From NCBI GenBank assembly GCA_027031765.1, contig JALVPN010000006.1, positions 3,168 to 15,461 on the forward strand: a stretch of DNA of 12,294 nt, written 5' to 3'. A program made the position numbers and the translations under genes. Origin of the DNA: Promethearchaeota archaeon. GTDB taxonomy: Archaea; Asgardarchaeota; Thorarchaeia; Thorarchaeales; Thorarchaeaceae. The notes under the pieces were generated by a model that made no database searches, was not told the origin of the DNA, and saw nothing but the letters and a program-made list of their open reading frames with translations. This document shows, in pieces, positions 7,715 to 12,294 of this stretch; within the stretch, counting starts at the first letter, position 1; each line of letters starts with the position of its first letter.

Positions 7715-7816
7715 GGCTCCAATGAAACAACTGGCTTCTTGTGTGCCGAACGGGGCATCTCTGCAGGGTGGTGAAAGGATGGGGTTCCAATCGAGCAACT
7801 GGCCTCTTGTGTGCCG
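7715..7816 (-). repeat. Two 34-nt imperfect direct repeats (7715-7748, 7783-7816) separated by 34 nt; CRISPR-mini-array-like
   Basis: ggctccaatgaaacaactggcttcttgtgtgccg vs ggttccaatcgagcaactggcctcttgtgtgccg, 29/34 identical. On the minus strand the copies end in ATTGGAGC and ATTGGAAC, resembling the ATTGAAAC-type 3' end of many CRISPR repeats. Confidence 0.6.
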
Positions 7817-7909
7817 CCAGTCTGCTCTGAACACAGTGCTCCACAACCCTGCATCCCATGTGCCCAGCTCGTACAGGTCCAAGTCGGTCTGCTCGAAACA
7901 CAGTGTTCG
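7816..7909. repeat. Second imperfect direct-repeat pair (7816-7842, 7883-7909), offset 67 nt
   Basis: gccagtctgctctgaacacagtgctcc vs gtcggtctgctcgaaacacagtgttcg, 21/27 identical. Confidence 0.5.
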
Positions 7910-7971
7910 GCATCCTCTTGCGAAAGCCTTATTGTTCGCAGACGAGCACGTCCCTGACGAGGGAGCTTGTC

Positions 7972-9705
7972 GTGAGATTCCACATAGAGAACTTGGGCCC
8001 GATACGGTCGGCGGATCTTGAGATTGGCGACATAACAGTCGTGTTCGGGCCTCCAAATACAGGGAAGTCATATACCCTCAGAGCCCTGTATGCTTCGACT
8101 CTAATGCTCGACCAATACGCGCGCGAATTCGAGCTTCGTGACCTCATCGGTACGTATGATGCAGTCAATCTGCCTTTGAACCTGCGAGGCTCACTAAGGG
8201 CCTTGTACGTGTTGTTGGTGTTGCACGCGTTGGGCCACGAGCGGCTGGATGACCAAGAATTGAATCTCACCGAAATCCTCAAGGAACTGACTGGCGCGGA
8301 AAGCGTTCGCTGGAGCTTTCAGAATGGCACGCTCAACTTCACTGCAAGGGCTTCCAGTGACATTCCTGTTGATAGCCTGCTTGCGCCCACCATGGACTTC
8401 TATCGGGATATCGTCCTGGTGAGAGACGACTCGGAACTGGATAGTTCGGTCTCTGTGCCCGAGCTCCTTGACTTGATTGCCGAGATTTCTGCAGAACCAC
8501 GTAGGTATGTCAAGAACTTTGCCGATTCGAGGAGGATTGCGAGCTGCAAAGTGAATGTTTCATTTAGCATGAGGCCTGAAGGGATAGTCGCAGTTGCTCT
8601 GGAGCTCACCTTCTCCATGAGGGCCGATGGCAAGGCGGCCGAGAAAATCCTCTCAAAGAGGGCTATGGAGATATTCAAGGAGATTGCTCCGTCGGCAGAG
8701 AATCTGAAGGCCACGGTGAGTGAGATTGTTCACAGGGCCGGCAGGCCTGGCCATGTCCTAGGTTCCATTCTTCCGTACAGCATTGAACTATGGCTGAACA
8801 ACATGTTTTGGAGGTTCATAGACGAGTCAATATGCCAGCCGCTTGCAGCAGCCCATGCCGAGTCATACGGTCTAGAGGAAGTGCGTTTCATCCCATTCGG
8901 AAGGAGCATCGCCATCAACCAGCTGGAACTCCTCTCGCAAGAACCGATTCGAAGACACAGACTTGCGTACGGCATGGTGTACGAGTCTGATGTCGTCCTG
9001 CATTCCTACATATCGTGGCTGAGTCTGGGCAGATCCATGATTGCAGAGGGCTCTTACGACGATGAAGCAGTCGAGCTCTTTCTTCCGGTGCTCCAAGGCA
9101 GACTCCTCTATGAGAGGTCGAGAGGTCTATCATACTTCACGGGTGCGTGCACCGTGCCAATCAACGCGGCCTCGGCCCTAGCCGGAGAGGTCGCTGGAAT
9201 CCTGTTGCCAGTTCTCTCGACGCGGCCTAGGTCAAGGATAATCATCGAGGAGCCTGAGGCACAACTACACTATTCCGCTCAACTACTGATGGGACTGACT
9301 CTGGCGGCGCTCGCAAGCAAGTATGGGCATGAAGTGATTTTCAGTACGCACAGCGACCTTGTTGTCCTAATCCTTGCATACATAAAGACGCACCGACCCA
9401 GCGGTAAGAAAATCCGTGAGCTTGTAGAGAAACTCTTGGAGGTGCAGAGGTTACCGGTTGAGGGCGATTCACTTGAGTTGCTATCAGAATACGCTGCGCG
9501 AGCGGGGGACCTCGACATCCGGTTCTACTACTACGGGCCTGAACAGGACGGCGTTCAGGTCTCAGAAGTACCTGTCGATGCACTAACGAGGCATATTCCC
9601 AGTCTGACGGATGTCATAGACATTCTGCTGGAGTGGGCGATAGGCCTAGGAGACGATAGTGATGCCGAAGACGACGAGCAGGCCGAAAATGGTAGCCGAG
9701 TATGA
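7972..9705 (+). CDS. ABC-type ATPase (AAA_15/AAA_21-like, predicted defence-associated), ~577 aa
   Basis: N-terminus MRFHIENLGPIRSADLEIGDITVVF; Walker A GPPNTGKS (8047-8070); FIPFGRS; signature-like ASALAGEV; Walker B/D-loop IIIEEPEAQLH (from 9238); H-loop FSTHSD (STHS 9343-9354). The start is moved to GTG 7972, with GAGGGAG 6 nt upstream. Confidence 0.88.
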   Translation: MRFHIENLGPIRSADLEIGDITVVFGPPNTGKSYTLRALYASTLMLDQYAREFELRDLIGTYDAVNLPLNLRGSLRALYVLLVLHALGHERLDDQELNLTEILKELTGAESVRWSFQNGTLNFTARASSDIPVDSLLAPTMDFYRDIVLVRDDSELDSSVSVPELLDLIAEISAEPRRYVKNFADSRRIASCKVNVSFSMRPEGIVAVALELTFSMRADGKAAEKILSKRAMEIFKEIAPSAENLKATVSEIVHRAGRPGHVLGSILPYSIELWLNNMFWRFIDESICQPLAAAHAESYGLEEVRFIPFGRSIAINQLELLSQEPIRRHRLAYGMVYESDVVLHSYISWLSLGRSMIAEGSYDDEAVELFLPVLQGRLLYERSRGLSYFTGACTVPINAASALAGEVAGILLPVLSTRPRSRIIIEEPEAQLHYSAQLLMGLTLAALASKYGHEVIFSTHSDLVVLILAYIKTHRPSGKKIRELVEKLLEVQRLPVEGDSLELLSEYAARAGDLDIRFYYYGPEQDGVQVSEVPVDALTRHIPSLTDVIDILLEWAIGLGDDSDAEDDEQAENGSRV

Positions 9706-10123
9706 AGAGAACAACTGCAAGGTAATTCTTATGGGTGGCCAGCCCTTCCTAGTCCTCAACTTCGAAGAATACGCGGATCTCAAGGGAATGCACCTTCCCC
9801 ATTGCGATGTAGTGTATGTCATGCACAAGGACAACAAATGGAATGTCTACCTCGTTGAACTCAAGAACATCGCTGACAAGTCGGCTTCTCTTGACGCCAT
9901 CCGTAGTCTTCGGGACAAGTTCGAGAGAACCAAGAGACTCCTCGGTGGACTGCTGGACTGCCTGGGCGCAAGACACCGTGAGTACTATCACATACTGGTA
10001 GTCCCGAGGAAAATATGCGTGGCTCTTGCAAAACACACACTTCTACTGAAGCGGAAGAGAATACTTGGTTCTCACGCCTGGATAGTGCCCTGCGGTGACA
10101 GTATCTTTGGCAGATGCCTGTAG
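9689..10123 (+). CDS. Small predicted PD-(D/E)xK (restriction-endonuclease-fold) nuclease, ~144 aa, partner of the upstream ATPase
   Basis: HCDVVYV...VYLVELKN gives a D (9806) and E-x-K (9857-9865) in a beta-strand context. The ATG at 9689 overlaps the ATPase 3' end by 17 nt, suggesting translational coupling. Confidence 0.68.
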   Translation: MVAEYEENNCKVILMGGQPFLVLNFEEYADLKGMHLPHCDVVYVMHKDNKWNVYLVELKNIADKSASLDAIRSLRDKFERTKRLLGGLLDCLGARHREYYHILVVPRKICVALAKHTLLLKRKRILGSHAWIVPCGDSIFGRCL

Positions 10124-11177
10124 CTATTGCTCCATAGCTGACACGAAGTGTTTCACGGTCACCCTCTTCATGCACGCCCCGCATCCTGTCGCCTCCGCAG
10201 CCAGACCACAATTGTATACTGTGGTCAACACATAGTCTAGCAAGACCCCGGTGATTCGGTCCTGTTGCTCGCGAGTCCCCAGAACAGTCTTGTCGCCTGC
10301 TCTCTGCATAGAGCTGAGAGAGTTTTCCTTGTGCACCTGTCCCGGTCACAGCAGGCCAACAACACAAGTAGCCACTTTGCTTTGAATACGTCCGTATGGA
10401 CTGCAACAGACGTTGCGCTGAACATCTCTTTCAGAACCGCAGAGCACACCTCTCCCACACCGGGAGTATCCGGTTTCTTGGCTGTGGACTGGCTTCCCGT
10501 TCTTTTGAGAGCCGGTCGGTTCCTGAGCGGCCACCGAAACTAGTACTCGAACGGATTGAACATGGGCCCTGCTTATCAGCCCAAGGAAAGGTGACCTCAC
10601 TACACAATCCTAGGAAACAATCATCCTAGCCCCCGGCCCGGATGCCCGGCGTGGTATCGGCGCCGACGCGGAAGAACGTGTATCATTAGCGGGTGTGGCG
10701 GCTAGGTCAAGAACGCGTTGCGCAACCTGATTCATATGTCTGGGTATTCAGGGTTGCGGACTAGCCAGTCGGAAGTGATTGCGACACCGCAGTGGGGTTG
10801 AATGGCCACCCTCTTTTCCTTCTCCCTCGCAATGGAGATTCTGAGTAGCTGAAGAAAAGGACTCAGACGACGGACAAACACGGTTCCGCGGGGATTGATA
10901 TCTTCTGAGCGACGATTCCGTTCACAATCTTGGGCCTAGCACAGTCACGCTCTTTGCATGGAACTGGAATCTGAAGTAGTGCGAGAGGCGCACATGACAT
11001 AGCGAAAATGGGTCATTCGAAACATTCTTCCACGGACTCGCTAGGGTCAGGAAGTCGTATTGGCCTACAGGTATAGAGTGCCCTGACCTCTCTGCCCTCA
11101 TAGTGTCATCTCCAGTCGCCAACCCCCGGTACCTCGAATGGTGATCAGCTTATTGCATGTAGGTGGACGCTGGAGAA

Positions 11178-12294
11178 TCAGGGTGTCACGTCGGATGTCT
11201 GCCCAGGTGGCTTGAGGCCGGGAAGAATGTCGAGCTCCACTGGCTCTATACCCACTCTCTCCTCGAATGTCTTCACCACTTCCCCCTTGGACGTGAAGTA
11301 GACGATTTGCCATCCATCTTCGGCCAGCTCTTTCAGTATGCTGACCTGCTCACGCAGCCTGCCCATGTCTGAGGTCAGAAAGGGGTCATCCATGACGAAG
11401 AACCCGGGCTCGTCCCCCAAGAGCTTCTTCGCAAGCGTAATCCGCACCGACAGGTAGAGCTGGTCGGTTGCCCCTCTGCTCAGTTTCTCAAGAGGGATGA
11501 GTTCTCCGTCAGCCCGGCGTACGCTGACTGTCGGCTCGTCCCCTTTCACCAGCACCTGCGTATACGCCCCCTTGGTGATTCTCCGAAATGTGCGGGTCGC
11601 TGGACCATCTGGATCAAAAAGATCGCCTATCGAGCTGCGCTCCTCATCCCTGATACGTTCAAGTATATCGATAGCTTGTCTGGCAGCTCTGGCGCGGGCC
11701 TCGACTCCGTCCTTGAACGCCGCGAGCTTCGACCTTGCCTCCCTAAGTGCTCCAAGGGATCTTATCCACAGGGTACCACCTTCCTCCCGAAGCTCATCCC
11801 CCAGTGCTCCGTTCACCTGATGTTCAAAGTGCCGAAATTTCTCCCGATAACGCTCGAGTTTCTCTCTGAGTTCCTGAACTTCCTCGTCAAGCTCGCGTAT
11901 CCTCTGCTCTACCTCCTGATACTCTTCCGCATCGAAGCGAGTATCATCAGTTTCGGGAAGGCCCCTAAGTTCCGTTGCAATCTTGTCCTTCAATGCCGTG
12001 AGATGTTCCTCGGGGTCGGCGTCATGTGGCAAGCCGAACCTGTGTGCCAGGACTGACCAGTGCCGCACTGTTTCGTCGTGAACCCGATCCGCGTGATTCG
12101 AAGCAAGTCGGAGTTCGTCACAGAGTGTATCTATGTTGTCGCACTCGACACCGGCGGCTCTTGCCTCCGTCAGTAGAGCTTGAATCTCAGACCTGACTCT
12201 CGCCTCGCTGTCTTTCATTGAGAGTACTTTCCATAGCTGGACCGCTGCGAGAGCTGCAAAGACCACCAGTCCAACTAGCGCCAACGAATCCATA
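11178..12294 (-). CDS. SMC/Rad50-like ATPase, YhaN (AAA_27)-like, C-terminal part only (5' end probably outside the window)
   Basis: A hydrophobic helix (LALVGLVVFAALAAVQLW) is followed by a coiled coil (EVEQRIRELDEEVQELREKLERYREK), signature LSRGATDQLYLSVR, Walker B FVMDDPF and YFTS. No Walker A is present in the visible part, so the gene is 5'-truncated. Confidence 0.85.
   Translation of the reverse strand, partial: MDSLALVGLVVFAALAAVQLWKVLSMKDSEARVRSEIQALLTEARAAGVECDNIDTLCDELRLASNHADRVHDETVRHWSVLAHRFGLPHDADPEEHLTALKDKIATELRGLPETDDTRFDAEEYQEVEQRIRELDEEVQELREKLERYREKFRHFEHQVNGALGDELREEGGTLWIRSLGALREARSKLAAFKDGVEARARAARQAIDILERIRDEERSSIGDLFDPDGPATRTFRRITKGAYTQVLVKGDEPTVSVRRADGELIPLEKLSRGATDQLYLSVRITLAKKLLGDEPGFFVMDDPFLTSDMGRLREQVSILKELAEDGWQIVYFTSKGEVVKTFEERVGIEPVELDILPGLKPPGQTSDVTP

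Noticed and set aside
7578-8071. Overlapping ORFs on both strands in the divergent intergenic region (7601-8071, 7632-8021, 7702-7983, 7578-7913)
   Set aside because: No family motifs are present, the repeated DNA appears in different reading frames, and some overlap the ATPase start. The region is more likely non-coding.
9861-10406. 181-aa Cys-rich minus ORF
   Set aside because: It overlaps the nuclease gene antisense, has low-complexity composition and shows no recognisable Cys spacing pattern.
10625-10706. Possible tRNA (7-bp terminal stem, 82 nt)
   Set aside because: No T-loop (TTCGA) or D-loop consensus on either strand.
10922-11122. 59-66-aa minus ORF with a GGAG before the ATG at ~11101
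   Set aside because: No recognisable domain, and I could not link it by frameshifts to downstream frames to make a known gene.
1-12294. Full CRISPR array, cas1/cas2/cas6, IS elements, rRNA
   Set aside because: No run of three or more regular repeats, no transposase or terminal inverted repeats, and no such gene motifs were seen in the window.

Overview
The left two-thirds of the window is a minus-strand type III-C CRISPR-Cas effector operon in the order cmr1 - [inserted gene] - cmr6 - cas10 (Csx11-type: HD intact, GGDD absent) - cmr4. cmr4 runs off the left edge and was missed by the ORF track. Between cmr1 and cmr6, overlapping both neighbours, is a ~681-aa protein that is not part of the canonical III-C module. 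It fuses an ABC-type (AAA_15/AAA_21-like) ATPase to a TOPRIM-like domain, the OLD/PARIS-like architecture. Divergently transcribed from the operon is a second ABC-ATPase overlapping a small PD-(D/E)xK-type nuclease gene. The intergenic region between them holds imperfect direct repeats with 67-68 nt spacing that resemble a decayed CRISPR mini-array. About 1 kb (10124-11177) has no recognisable intact gene. The right edge is the 3' part of a YhaN/Rad50-like SMC ATPase. No cas1, cas2, cas6 or clean CRISPR array is visible. The real cas10 N-terminus, including its HD motif, lies upstream of the ORF-track start and appears to begin at a non-canonical ATT codon. All family assignments come from motif recognition by eye; no searches were run.
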